Positions 48,858 through 58,447 of a stretch of DNA of 64,000 nt are shown in pieces. How positions within the stretch are numbered: the stretch's first letter is position 1; the number at the start of each line of letters is the position of its first letter. The translations under genes were made by a program, and so were the position numbers. Source of the DNA: an uncultured Pikeienuella sp. (GTDB taxonomy: Bacteria > Pseudomonadota > Alphaproteobacteria > Rhodobacterales > Rhodobacteraceae); the NCBI GenBank assembly GCA_965659735.1, contig CBFHXH010000008.1, positions 74 to 64,073 on the forward strand, in the 5' to 3' direction. The notes under the pieces were generated by a model. The model was not told the origin of the DNA, searched no databases, and was given only the letters and a program-made list of their open reading frames with translations.

Positions 48858-49814
48858 CTATTTAGGATGCCGCAAGCGCGGGTTGGCGAGGATTGAAACG
48901 AGGTCAGCGATCAGGTTCAGTCCGATATAGACCGCGGCGAAGATCAGCCCGCAAGCCTGCACAACCGGAACATCCCGTTTGGCGACGTGGTCAACCAGAT
49001 ACTGCCCCATGCCCGGGTAGACAAAAACCACCTCGACCACGACGACACCCACAACCAGATAGGCGAGGTTCAGCATCACAACGTTCACGATTGGTGCGAT
49101 GGCGTTAGGAAAGGCGTGGCGCCAGATGATCTGCAGGCCGCTCAGGCCCTTCAGCTCAGCCGTTTCGATATAGGCAGACTGCATCACATTCAGGATCGCG
49201 GCGCGGGTCATGCGCATCATGTGTGCCAGCACCACGAGCGTCAGCACCATGACGGGCAGCGCGATAACCTCCAGCTTGTCGCCCAGGCTCATCCCATCGC
49301 GGATCGCAGCGACCGAGGGGAACCAGCGCAACTGAACCCCAAGATAGAACATCAGCACGTAGCCGATCAGAAATTCAGGGATCGAAATCGAGGCGAGCGT
49401 CGCGCCTGAAATCAGCTTGTCAGGCCAGCGATCCTTGAATCGCACAGCCAGCAGGCCAAGCAGGATCGCCAACGGAACCGATACGATCGCCGCCCAGAAG
49501 GCGAGGAACAGCGTATTCGACAGGCGTTGGCCAAGGCTTTCGGCGATATCACGGCCATTGGTCAGCGCGGTGCCCAGGTCGCCCTGCATCGCAGCAAACA
49601 GCCAGTCGAAATAACGGGTGATGGCCGGATCGTTCAGACCTAGGTCGCGGCGAAGGTTCGCCAGCGCCTCTGGCGTTGCGGATTGGCCAAGAATGGATTG
49701 CGCAACATCGCCCGGCAGAAGGTTCGTGCCGATGAAGATCAGAGCTGATGCCGCGAAGAGGAGGAGGAGGCTCAGCGCGATACGCTGAGCCACCAGTTTC
49801 AAAATAGGGTGCAT
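48858..49814 (-). CDS. ABC transporter permease (DppB-like)
   Basis: LPGDVA, YIETAELKG, HAFPNA, RDVPVVQA motifs; start ATG 49814. Confidence 0.95.
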   Translation of the reverse strand: MHPILKLVAQRIALSLLLLFAASALIFIGTNLLPGDVAQSILGQSATPEALANLRRDLGLNDPAITRYFDWLFAAMQGDLGTALTNGRDIAESLGQRLSNTLFLAFWAAIVSVPLAILLGLLAVRFKDRWPDKLISGATLASISIPEFLIGYVLMFYLGVQLRWFPSVAAIRDGMSLGDKLEVIALPVMVLTLVVLAHMMRMTRAAILNVMQSAYIETAELKGLSGLQIIWRHAFPNAIAPIVNVVMLNLAYLVVGVVVVEVVFVYPGMGQYLVDHVAKRDVPVVQACGLIFAAVYIGLNLIADLVSILANPRLRHPK

Positions 49815-49825
49815 TAAGGCGGGCC

Positions 49826-51406
49826 TTACGCCACCCAGCACTTGGTGAAGGCGAGGCCATTCATCAACTCGGCGTTGGCGTCATCCTCGTACCCGCCGAC
49901 CCGGTCGCCCGTTGCATCGATAAAGTCGTTGAACATCGGGCAAATCAGGCCGCCTTCGTCGCGCAGCATGTACGCCATGTCGGTATACATCTGCTTACGC
50001 TTGACGAGGTCGAGTTCAGATTTGGCCGAGAACAGCAACTCGTCAAACTGGGGGTTGTTGAACCGGGTGTCGTTCCAGTCAGCGCTCGACAGATACGCGG
50101 TCGAATACATCTGGTCCTGCGTCGGGCGACCGCCCCAGTAGGAACAGCAGAACGGCTGTTTGTTCCAAACCTCAGACCAGTAGCCGTCGTTCGGCTCACG
50201 CTTGACCTCGATTTTGATGCCCGATTTCGCAGCGCTCTGCTGCAACAGAGCGGACGCATCGACTGCGCCCGGGAAGGCGGCGTCTGCGGTGCGAAGAACG
50301 ATCGGACCATCGTAGCCAGATTTTGTGTAGTGGAACGCGGCCTTGTCCGGGTCGTGCATCCGCTGTGGGATCGCTTCATCGAACAGCGGGTAAGACGCAT
50401 TGATCGGCAGATCGTTCCCAATGGAGCCATAGCCACGCAGAATTTTTTCCACCATCTCTTCGCGGTCGACGGCGTATTTCAGCGCCAGACGAAGGTCGTT
50501 GTTGTCGAACGGCGCAGTGTTGGTGTGCATGATCATCACATAGTGACCGCGACCCGCGACTGAGCGAACTTCAACGCCAGGCACGCGTTTTACCAAATCG
50601 ACGATTTTTGGCTCAAGCCGGTTGATCATATCCACCTGACCGCCCTGAAGGGCTGCGGTGCGGGCCGTGGCATCATTGATCACCAGAATTTCGAACTCAT
50701 CCGCGTGGCCGCGGGTGTCGTCCCAGTCATTTGCGAACTTCTTACCACCGTGACGCACGCCAGGCTCGTCGATCTCGACTGTGTAGGCGCCGGTGCCGAT
50801 ACCAGCGCCCGGATTGTCCATGCCGCCGCCCGGCTGCACGATCAGATGATAGTCAGCCATCAGATACGGCAGGTCAGCGTTGCCTTGGGTAAGACCAACA
50901 ACCAGCGTGTCGCCATCCACCGAAAGGCTTTCGATGCCGCGCATGATGCCAAGCGCGCCAGATTTGGTTTCTTCGCCTGAATGACGCTCCAACGTTTTCA
51001 TGGCGTCTTCTGCGGTTACGGTCTTGCCGTTGTGGAATTCAACGCCCGACCGCATCTTGAAGCGCCAGGTTTTCGCGTCAGCAGATGCTTCGACACTTTC
51101 TGCCAGACGGTTTTCAATCTCACCCGACGCGGATACGCGCACCAGGGTGTCGCCCCAGGTCCGGCCCAGCATGAAAGGCACGCTCGATGCGAAGGTCGCG
51201 GGATCAAGGCTGTTGGTGCTTTCACCGCCCTGAAGGCCTGCGCGCAGAATGCCACCCTTGTTAGGGCCTGCGGCCTTGGCCGCGTCCGCCAGCAGCGTCG
51301 ATGCGGCGGCGGCCGTCAGGCCCAGCGCTGAAGCGCGGCCCATGAAGTTGCGCCGGTTCAGTGCGCCTTTGGCGACCTTGCGGCCAAGATATTTGATTTC
51401 GTCCAT
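49826..51406 (-). CDS. ABC transporter substrate-binding protein, family 5 (Tat signal)
   Basis: NRRNFMGR twin-arginine signal; LAESVE, FHNGK, GTGAY, LRLALKYAVDRE motifs. Confidence 0.93.
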   Translation of the reverse strand: MDEIKYLGRKVAKGALNRRNFMGRASALGLTAAAASTLLADAAKAAGPNKGGILRAGLQGGESTNSLDPATFASSVPFMLGRTWGDTLVRVSASGEIENRLAESVEASADAKTWRFKMRSGVEFHNGKTVTAEDAMKTLERHSGEETKSGALGIMRGIESLSVDGDTLVVGLTQGNADLPYLMADYHLIVQPGGGMDNPGAGIGTGAYTVEIDEPGVRHGGKKFANDWDDTRGHADEFEILVINDATARTAALQGGQVDMINRLEPKIVDLVKRVPGVEVRSVAGRGHYVMIMHTNTAPFDNNDLRLALKYAVDREEMVEKILRGYGSIGNDLPINASYPLFDEAIPQRMHDPDKAAFHYTKSGYDGPIVLRTADAAFPGAVDASALLQQSAAKSGIKIEVKREPNDGYWSEVWNKQPFCCSYWGGRPTQDQMYSTAYLSSADWNDTRFNNPQFDELLFSAKSELDLVKRKQMYTDMAYMLRDEGGLICPMFNDFIDATGDRVGGYEDDANAELMNGLAFTKCWVA

Positions 51407-51485
51407 TAGTTTAGTCTCCCCTGAGGTTAAGCGCTCACCCGGGCGCCTTGGTCATCACGTTAAGCTGACGATGACGCCCGCGGCA

Positions 51486-51530
51486 AGCGTGTTGGAGCGT
51501 GTTGGAGCGTGTTGGAGCGTGTTGGAGCGT
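51486..51530. repeat. 10-bp tandem repeat (GTTGGAGCGT x4.5)
   Basis: AGCGT followed by four exact GTTGGAGCGT copies in the divergent intergenic region. Confidence 0.95.
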
Positions 51531-51619
51531 AACGTTCGTTGATACTGTCAGCAGACAACAGCATGATGACAGCAGAGCGTCCCCCGCTTACGATCGCCAC
51601 AAGGCATTTGGAGGACGTG

Positions 51620-52453
51620 ATGGCCCAGATAGAAGCGAACGGAATAGCGATTGAGGTGGAACGCCATGGTGATCAGGCCGCGATGCCCCTGTTGCTGATC
51701 CGCGGCCTTGGCTCGCAGATCATCCACTGGCCTGGTGACCTGATCGCAGGGTTCGTCAGCGCGGGATATCACGTAATTACCTATGACAATCGCGATGCAG
51801 GGCTTAGCCAGTCCTTTGCGGACAGACCCGCGTATTCAGTCGCAGATATGGCCGCTGACGGGATTGGCGTTCTAGACTCGCTCGGTGTCAACAAGGCGCA
51901 TGTGCTGGGTATTTCGATGGGTGGCATAATCCTGCAATCCATGCTGTGCGATCACCGCGACAGGCTGCTGAGCGCGACGATCATCATGTCGTCCAGCCGC
52001 GCCGAAGGCCTGCCCGGACGCTCGCCAGAGATGGAGGCGCTGTTGTTCGCCGATCCTGGTGATCCCAAAACCGATCTGGAAGGCGTGATTGCGCACACCC
52101 TGCAATGCGATCGCGTCTGGGGCAGCCCCGCCTATCCGTTCGACGAGGCTGAACGGCGCGCGCTGATCATCCAAGCGATTGAGCGGTCATACCAGCCCGA
52201 CGGCGTGATGCGCCAGGGCATGGCGGTGATGCAGGGGGAAGGCTTGGCGGACCGGTTGGGCGGTGTAACCACGCCAACGCTGGTCATTCACGGCGACAGC
52301 GATGCGTTGCTGACCGTCGAACATGGCCGGGATGTCGCCGAACGCATCCCTGGCGCAAGATATGAAGAAATCGCCGGCATGGGCCATGATCTGGATGGCG
52401 GCGTCGCCCCGATGATCGTCGATCACGTGACCGGGTTCATCGCCGCCGGTTAG
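51620..52453 (+). CDS. Alpha/beta hydrolase
   Basis: IRGLGSQ, DNRDAGLS, GISMGG nucleophile elbow, HGDSD, GMGHD motifs; ATG 51620 with GGAGGA. Confidence 0.92.
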   Translation: MAQIEANGIAIEVERHGDQAAMPLLLIRGLGSQIIHWPGDLIAGFVSAGYHVITYDNRDAGLSQSFADRPAYSVADMAADGIGVLDSLGVNKAHVLGISMGGIILQSMLCDHRDRLLSATIIMSSSRAEGLPGRSPEMEALLFADPGDPKTDLEGVIAHTLQCDRVWGSPAYPFDEAERRALIIQAIERSYQPDGVMRQGMAVMQGEGLADRLGGVTTPTLVIHGDSDALLTVEHGRDVAERIPGARYEEIAGMGHDLDGGVAPMIVDHVTGFIAAG

Positions 52454-54396
52454 GCGACAGGCTCAATCTCCAACAACACGGAATGGGCCGTCGTCTGCGC
52501 GCCGGATTCGACGTTAATGGCCGTCACCACGCCATCAATCGTAGAGACATGGGCATGTTCCATCTTCATCGCCTCAAGCGCCAGCAAGGTTTGGCCCTTG
52601 GCTACGGTATCACCGACCGCCACCGAAACTGAAACGACCGTGCCGTTCATGGTGGCGCGCACCTTGCCGTCGCCGCCTTCTTCCGCAGTGACCTCGGGGG
52701 TCAGAGTCAGGTCGGTGAAATCCCATACCCGGCCGTCGGTCTGCAACCACACCTGTTCACCGGACTTTTGCAGAACGGCTTTGGCGGCGGCTCCGGCTTC
52801 TTCGTAGCTCACCTCATCGCCTATACACGCGGTCACCGCGATCTGGCGCGTATCCTCGCCCAACCTGATATCACAGCGACCATGGGGGCCAGCCTCCACC
52901 CGGGGGGTGAAGACGTCTTCATTGCGCACCAGGCGCATCGGCGCAGGGAACCCATGCGACAGGCCCGTCGCCTCGCCCGCCCGCAATATTGCGCCAGCCA
53001 GACCCGCAGCGCGCGCTGCGGCGTCCGACCGGTCAGGTGTCAGATCTTCGCGGTTATCTGCGATGAACGCAGTCGTAGCGTCACCCGCAGCAAACACCGG
53101 ATGCGCGAGGCAATCGGCCAGAAACCCCTGATTGGTACGCACCCCAAATGCGTGCGTGTCAGCAAGGCCGGCGATCAACTGGCACCGTGCAGCATCGCGG
53201 GTCGGGCCGTGGGCGATCAGCTTGGCGACCATGGAGTCGTAAAAGGCCGGGATCGCCGCGCCGTCGCGCAGCGCATGATCGACGCGGATCGCGGCTGACG
53301 GCGCCCAGCGTGACAGCGCACCGCTTTGGGGCATGAAATCCGCATCTGGGTCTTCCGCGCAAAGGCGTACTTCAATCGCATGGCCGTTAAAGGTGATGTC
53401 GTCCTGCGCAATCGGCAGAGGCGCGCCCATCGCGACACCAAGCTGCAACGCTACCAGATCCTGACCTGTGATCGCTTCGGTCACGGGATGTTCGACCTGC
53501 AGCCTTGTGTTCATTTCCATGAAGAAGAAATCACCGTTCGCATCCAGCAGGTATTCGAACGTACCGGCGCCTTCATATCCGATGGCCAGCGCCGCCTTGA
53601 CCGACACCTCGCCCATGCGCGCGCGCAAGTCGGCGTCAACGGCTGGCGAAGGCGCTTCCTCAATCACCTTCTGATGGCGGCGCTGGACGGAACAATCCCG
53701 TTCGCCGAAATGGACGCCCGCACCGTGGCGGTCGGTCATGATCTGGATCTCGACATGGCGCGGATTAATGATCGCGCGTTCCAACAGCACAGCGCCTTCG
53801 CCGAAAGCCGCCTGCGCCTCAGACACTGCTGAGGTGAGCGCAGCGTCAAACTCCGCCGCGTCCGTCACCAGCCGCATGCCGCGGCCTCCACCACCAGCAG
53901 TGGCCTTGATCATCAGCGGAAATCCGATCTTTGCCGCCTCAGCCGCCAAAACAGCAGGGTCCTGGCTTGCGCCGTCATAGCCAGGCACGCAGGGCACGCC
54001 AGCGTTGGTCATCAGACCCTTGGCGGCTGCCTTGTCACCCATCGCCTCAATCGCCTCGGCTGGTGGGCCCACAAAGACAACACCCGCCTCGGCGCAAGCG
54101 CGGGGCAGCGCAGGGTTTTCCGCCAGAAAGCCGTATCCCGGATGGATCGCATCCGCGCCTGTCACCTTGGTCGCGTCGATGATGCGGGCAATGTTCAGAT
54201 AGCTGTCGGCAGGCGCGGCGCCGCCAATGCAAACCGACTGGTCCGCAGCGCGCACATGTTCCGCATCAGCGTCCGCTTCGGAATAGACGGCGACGGTTGA
54301 AAGACCCATCTGGCGCGCGGTGCGCATCACGCGAACCGCGATTTCACCACGGTTTGCGACTAGGATCCTGGTGAAAAGGGTGGCTTTTTCCATCAT
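52450..54396 (-). CDS. Acyl-CoA carboxylase biotin subunit (geranyl/methylcrotonyl-CoA carboxylase alpha, AtuF/LiuD-like)
   Basis: ILVANRGEIA, HPGYGFLAEN, RLQVEHPVTE, EAMKM motifs. Confidence 0.93.
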   Translation of the reverse strand: MMEKATLFTRILVANRGEIAVRVMRTARQMGLSTVAVYSEADADAEHVRAADQSVCIGGAAPADSYLNIARIIDATKVTGADAIHPGYGFLAENPALPRACAEAGVVFVGPPAEAIEAMGDKAAAKGLMTNAGVPCVPGYDGASQDPAVLAAEAAKIGFPLMIKATAGGGGRGMRLVTDAAEFDAALTSAVSEAQAAFGEGAVLLERAIINPRHVEIQIMTDRHGAGVHFGERDCSVQRRHQKVIEEAPSPAVDADLRARMGEVSVKAALAIGYEGAGTFEYLLDANGDFFFMEMNTRLQVEHPVTEAITGQDLVALQLGVAMGAPLPIAQDDITFNGHAIEVRLCAEDPDADFMPQSGALSRWAPSAAIRVDHALRDGAAIPAFYDSMVAKLIAHGPTRDAARCQLIAGLADTHAFGVRTNQGFLADCLAHPVFAAGDATTAFIADNREDLTPDRSDAAARAAGLAGAILRAGEATGLSHGFPAPMRLVRNEDVFTPRVEAGPHGRCDIRLGEDTRQIAVTACIGDEVSYEEAGAAAKAVLQKSGEQVWLQTDGRVWDFTDLTLTPEVTAEEGGDGKVRATMNGTVVSVSVAVGDTVAKGQTLLALEAMKMEHAHVSTIDGVVTAINVESGAQTTAHSVLLEIEPVA

Positions 54397-54404
54397 CCGT
54401 CTCC

Positions 54405-56021
54405 TTACGGCCGCGCGACAGCGAACTGCATCTTGTTCGGGCGGCGCGCGTCACCATTGCGGGCGATGGCCATCAGCTCAGAGATCAATTCCCGCGTATT
54501 GCGCGGGTCGATCACCCCATCATCCAACAAACGGGCGGAGTTATAGACCGCGTCCATCTGACTGCCGAACATGTGGACGATAACCGCCTTCATCTGTTCC
54601 AGTTGCTGTTCATCCGGCTCTTCCCCCTTGCGGGCGGCGCGGGCGCGCTGAACCTCCTCCATTGTTCCAGCGGCCTGTTCACCGCCCATGACCGCCGTTT
54701 TGGCGTTCGGCCATGAAAAGCAGAACCGCGGGTCGAACCCGCGCCCGCACATGCCGTAATTCCCGGCACCAAAGGACGCACCGCAATAGATAGTGAACTG
54801 AGGCACTGTGGCGTTGGTCACCGCCTGGATCATTTTGGACCCATGCTTGATGATGCCTTGTTCTTCATAACTTTTGCCGACCATGAAGCCGGTCGTGTTG
54901 TTCAGGTACAGGATCGGCGTCCCCGCCTGGCAACAGGCCTGAATGAAATGCGTCGCCTTGGTCGCGCCCGCCGGATCGATCGGGCCGTTATTGGTGATGA
55001 TCCCCAGCGGCCAGCCAAGCAAGCGGATCGTGCCACAGACTGTCTGGCCGCCATAGCGTTCGCCGAATTCCAGAAATTCCGACCCGTCTGCGATGCGGAT
55101 GATCACCTCTTTCATATCAATCGGCTGGCGATAATCGACCGGCATGACGCCCAGCAGTTCTTCCGCATCATAATGCGGTTCTTCAAAGTCGCGCGGGGCG
55201 TCGTCGCCTTCGGGCCAGTCGATGCCTGCGATGATCTCGCGCGCGATGGCGATGGCATGGCGATCATCCTCGGCAAGGAAATCGCCCAGGCCAGATACGC
55301 CGGTATGCATTTCTGCGCCGCCCAATTCTTCCTCGGTCGCGATTTCGCCTGTGGCGGCTTTCAACAGCGGCGGCCCAGCTAGGAAAGCCCGGGTCCGGCC
55401 GCGCACCATGACGATATAGTCAGACAGGCCAGTCTGATAGGCGCCGCCTGCGGTGGATGATCCGTTGGTGACGGTCACCACGGGCAGGCCCGCTGCGGAC
55501 AGGCGGGCGAGGTTGCGAAAGATTGTGCCGCCATGCACGAAATCTTCGACCTTGTAGGCCGTTAGGTTCGCGCCTGCGCTTTCAACAAGCTGGATGTAGG
55601 GCAGCTTGTTTTCCAGCGCAATGTCCTGAAGCCGCAGTATTTTGGTTAGGCCCCCGGGCTGCAACGCGCCAGCCGCGATGCCGCTGTCAGAGCCGACAAT
55701 CATACACCGTACGCCGGATACATAGCCGATCCCTGCAATGATCCCAGCGCCAGGGACGGATTTTTCCAGGTTTTTCTGGTCCATGCCGTATCCCGCCAGC
55801 TTCGCCAGTTCGACGAAAGGGCGGCCCGGATCAAGCAGAACACCCACACGGTCGCGCGGCAGAAGCTGGTTGCGCTTTTCAAACCGTTCGCGCGACTTTT
55901 CCGAAGCGATCCTCGCCTTCGCCTCTATCGCACGCACGTCGTCGACCAGACCGCGCATGTGTTCCGCGTTTTCCTGAAATTTGGGCGACGAGGGCGTCAG
56001 CGATGACGGCAGATGCGGCAT
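54405..56021 (-). CDS. Acyl-CoA carboxylase carboxyltransferase subunit (AtuC-like)
   Basis: LVESAGANL, STAGGAY, FLAGPPL, EELGGAEMH, GASFGAGNYGMCGR motifs; 538 aa from ATG 56021. Confidence 0.92.
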   Translation of the reverse strand: MPHLPSSLTPSSPKFQENAEHMRGLVDDVRAIEAKARIASEKSRERFEKRNQLLPRDRVGVLLDPGRPFVELAKLAGYGMDQKNLEKSVPGAGIIAGIGYVSGVRCMIVGSDSGIAAGALQPGGLTKILRLQDIALENKLPYIQLVESAGANLTAYKVEDFVHGGTIFRNLARLSAAGLPVVTVTNGSSTAGGAYQTGLSDYIVMVRGRTRAFLAGPPLLKAATGEIATEEELGGAEMHTGVSGLGDFLAEDDRHAIAIAREIIAGIDWPEGDDAPRDFEEPHYDAEELLGVMPVDYRQPIDMKEVIIRIADGSEFLEFGERYGGQTVCGTIRLLGWPLGIITNNGPIDPAGATKATHFIQACCQAGTPILYLNNTTGFMVGKSYEEQGIIKHGSKMIQAVTNATVPQFTIYCGASFGAGNYGMCGRGFDPRFCFSWPNAKTAVMGGEQAAGTMEEVQRARAARKGEEPDEQQLEQMKAVIVHMFGSQMDAVYNSARLLDDGVIDPRNTRELISELMAIARNGDARRPNKMQFAVARP

Positions 56022-56105
56022 GGTCTGTCCTTTCGGAGTTAAGTCGCACCCTTCACGCATAAGGCGGTTCGGGCGCGATCACCCTACGCCGAAACCGCGT
56101 CTTGG

Positions 56106-56155
56106 GAAGCCTCTCTATACGTAAACGTTCGGACATTGACGTATTGGGAGGCTTC
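56106..56155. promoter_or_regulatory. Long imperfect inverted repeat containing LiuR-like boxes upstream of the carboxylase operon
   Basis: ctatACGTaaACGTtcgg (56115-56132) has the ACGT-WW-ACGT core. It sits inside a GAAGCCTC...GAGGCTTC inverted repeat. Confidence 0.5.
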
Positions 56156-56241
56156 ACGCTGGAACTCGCACCAGACCCTGAACCCGCGCGCATTCGCCTC
56201 GCGCTTGCCGCCAAGATACCCCGCTAGGGCGGTAAAAGGGT

Positions 56242-57714
56242 GTGCTAAGACCTAAAAATGATCCAACCGCCTCATTCATTATTTGCCCGGCACCATCGGC
56301 GAAGGTGCCCCACTTGACTGCAGCGGTCGGGCAACCGCCGCGCAACTGGCGCGATGTGGCGGTGTCAGCGACCCTTCTCAGCCTGATGGCGGGGGAGCTG
56401 TTGTGGCTGATCTCCCGGTCACCAGTGATGGAGGCTTTTGTCGGCGGCGCGTTGGTTCTGTCGATCCTTCTCAGCATCCCGCGCTTTGGCGTGCGCGAGG
56501 TGTATTTGCTGACCATCGTCACCGCGCTGACTACAACTGTGATCTTGACAGTCGAAGCGCCGCTGACCGTGATTTCCGAAGGCGCGCGTCAGGCCGCTCT
56601 TTTGATGTCTTTTGTCTTGCTGGTCGGACTGATCCAGCAGGCCGCCTCCACAAGTGAAGACGTCAAAGCCTGCGGTTTTTACCTGACCAATCAGCCGCCA
56701 GGCCGCCGGTATGTGTCGATCTTTCTGGGCACCCATTTCATGAGCCATGTGTTCAACCTTGGCATCATTTCCCTAATCGCCCCCCTGATCATGAAGGGAA
56801 CAGAGGATCCATCCGACCCCCGAAATCCGATCCGCCAGCGCCGCCAGATTTCTGCGATGCTGACCGGGTTTGGCTGGGGTGTAGTCTGGTCGCCCACCGC
56901 CATCGCGCCGCTGGCTCTTTTGACCCTTCTGCCGGGCGCGGACCGGATTTCATGGATGATCGCCGGCGCCAGTATTGCAATGGTCGTGCTGCTCGCAGGG
57001 TGGGGCGAGGACAAGATGCGCTGGAAGCCCGGCGCCACCGCCATTCCGTTTGATCCACCGGCCTTTCCCAAGGCCGCATTTGGCGGGTTCGCAACCCTAT
57101 GTCTGATGCTGCTGATCCTGACGCTCAGCAGCATGGCGGTGTTCGAACAGACGGTGGTCTTCGGGCTGATGCTGGCCTCACCGATCATTCTGGTTGGCTG
57201 GTTGATGCTTCAAAACCGGGGGGATACTGGCGCAACCCGCAACCGCGTCACCGAAATTTATCACACCTTTCTGCCCTATTCCGCGCCTATTGGGGTCTCG
57301 CTGGCCTGTTCCGGATTCATCGGTCGGGTCGCAGCGCACCTGACGCCCAGCCAGCAAATCGCAGACTACCTGAACATCATGGCGACGCCCGGCTGGCTGT
57401 TCATGCTGTGCCTCAGCCTGCTGGTCATGGTGATGAGCTGGCTCGCCCTGTCGCCCATCATGCTGGCGGTTTTCCTTGGGGCGGTTCTTGCGGAACTTCC
57501 AGCCCTGCCAGTGGATCGGACATGGGCGGCGTTAGCGATTTCCAGCGGCTGGGCACTGTCGATGATGACCTCGCCATTTGCGACGACGGTGCTACTGAAC
57601 ACTCAGATCACAGGTATTCAAGGCCTGCGGTATGTAGGCTGGAACTGGCGTTTCAGCATCATGGCGATCTTCATCCTCGCCGCGTCATACTGGGTGATCG
57701 ATACGCTGCTTTGA
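56242..57714 (+). CDS. Uncharacterised polytopic membrane protein (possible secondary transporter)
   Basis: Twelve or more hydrophobic segments; WSPTAIAP helical-hairpin-like motif. Start uncertain (GTG near 56305 is possible). Confidence 0.75.
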   Translation: MLRPKNDPTASFIICPAPSAKVPHLTAAVGQPPRNWRDVAVSATLLSLMAGELLWLISRSPVMEAFVGGALVLSILLSIPRFGVREVYLLTIVTALTTTVILTVEAPLTVISEGARQAALLMSFVLLVGLIQQAASTSEDVKACGFYLTNQPPGRRYVSIFLGTHFMSHVFNLGIISLIAPLIMKGTEDPSDPRNPIRQRRQISAMLTGFGWGVVWSPTAIAPLALLTLLPGADRISWMIAGASIAMVVLLAGWGEDKMRWKPGATAIPFDPPAFPKAAFGGFATLCLMLLILTLSSMAVFEQTVVFGLMLASPIILVGWLMLQNRGDTGATRNRVTEIYHTFLPYSAPIGVSLACSGFIGRVAAHLTPSQQIADYLNIMATPGWLFMLCLSLLVMVMSWLALSPIMLAVFLGAVLAELPALPVDRTWAALAISSGWALSMMTSPFATTVLLNTQITGIQGLRYVGWNWRFSIMAIFILAASYWVIDTLL

Positions 57715-58439
57715 AACGTCGCCTGATCTAGCGCCGTTGACCTTTCGCCATTCTGCGAAGTCCGTCAGGGTCTGTTCATGCTTCGCGGGGTAGAGCCCGA
57801 TGATCGACCGGCCCTTTTGCACTTCCTCCGTCACGAAGTCCTCAAAAGCAGTCATTTCGACCGCTTCGTCGGCGATCTCGTCCGCCAGGTTGGCGGGGAT
57901 GATCACCACGCCTTCCGCGTCGCCAAGCACCACGTCCCCCGGCCAGACCGGCGCGTCGCCACAGCCGATGGGCACATTGACGTCGATCGCCTGATGCAGC
58001 GCCAGGTTGGTCGGCGATGAAGGGCGGTTGTGATAGATTGGCATGTCCATCTCAGCCATTTCATAGCTGTCGCGAAGTCCGCCATCGGTGACCAGACCCG
58101 CGCACCCCCGCACCATAAGACGGGTCGCCAGAATGCCGCCCGCAGACGCTGCGCGGGCGTCCTTGCGGCTGTCGATGACCATGACAGATCCCGGCGGACA
58201 ACGCTCCACCGCGTCGCGTTGGGGGTGCTTCGGGTCGCGAAATACGCTCAGCTCATTCAGGTCTTCACGGGCAGGAATATAGCTGGGCGTAAATGCTTCC
58301 CCACCATCGTTCCCGCATCGCTGACAGGTGAGACGCCCTGAATGAACTGATTGCGAAAGCCGCGTTTGTATAGAGCGGTGCAGACCGTCGCGACCGAAAC
58401 GGTCTTCAGCTTTGCGCGCGTGGTATCTGACAGGGGCAT
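57685..58439 (-). pseudogene. RraA-like / HMG-aldolase family protein, frameshifted
   Basis: MPLSDTTRAKLKTVSVAT...MVG changes frame at the G4 run 58299-58302 to EAFTPSYIPAREDLN...ASAGGIL...DGGLRD...GCGD...GDAEGVV. A second likely slip near 57730 bypasses a TAG. Confidence 0.82.
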
Positions 58440-58447
58440 AGGGGATC

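Noticed and set aside
51486-51530. Repeat as a CRISPR array
   Set aside because: 10-bp units with no spacers and no cas genes.
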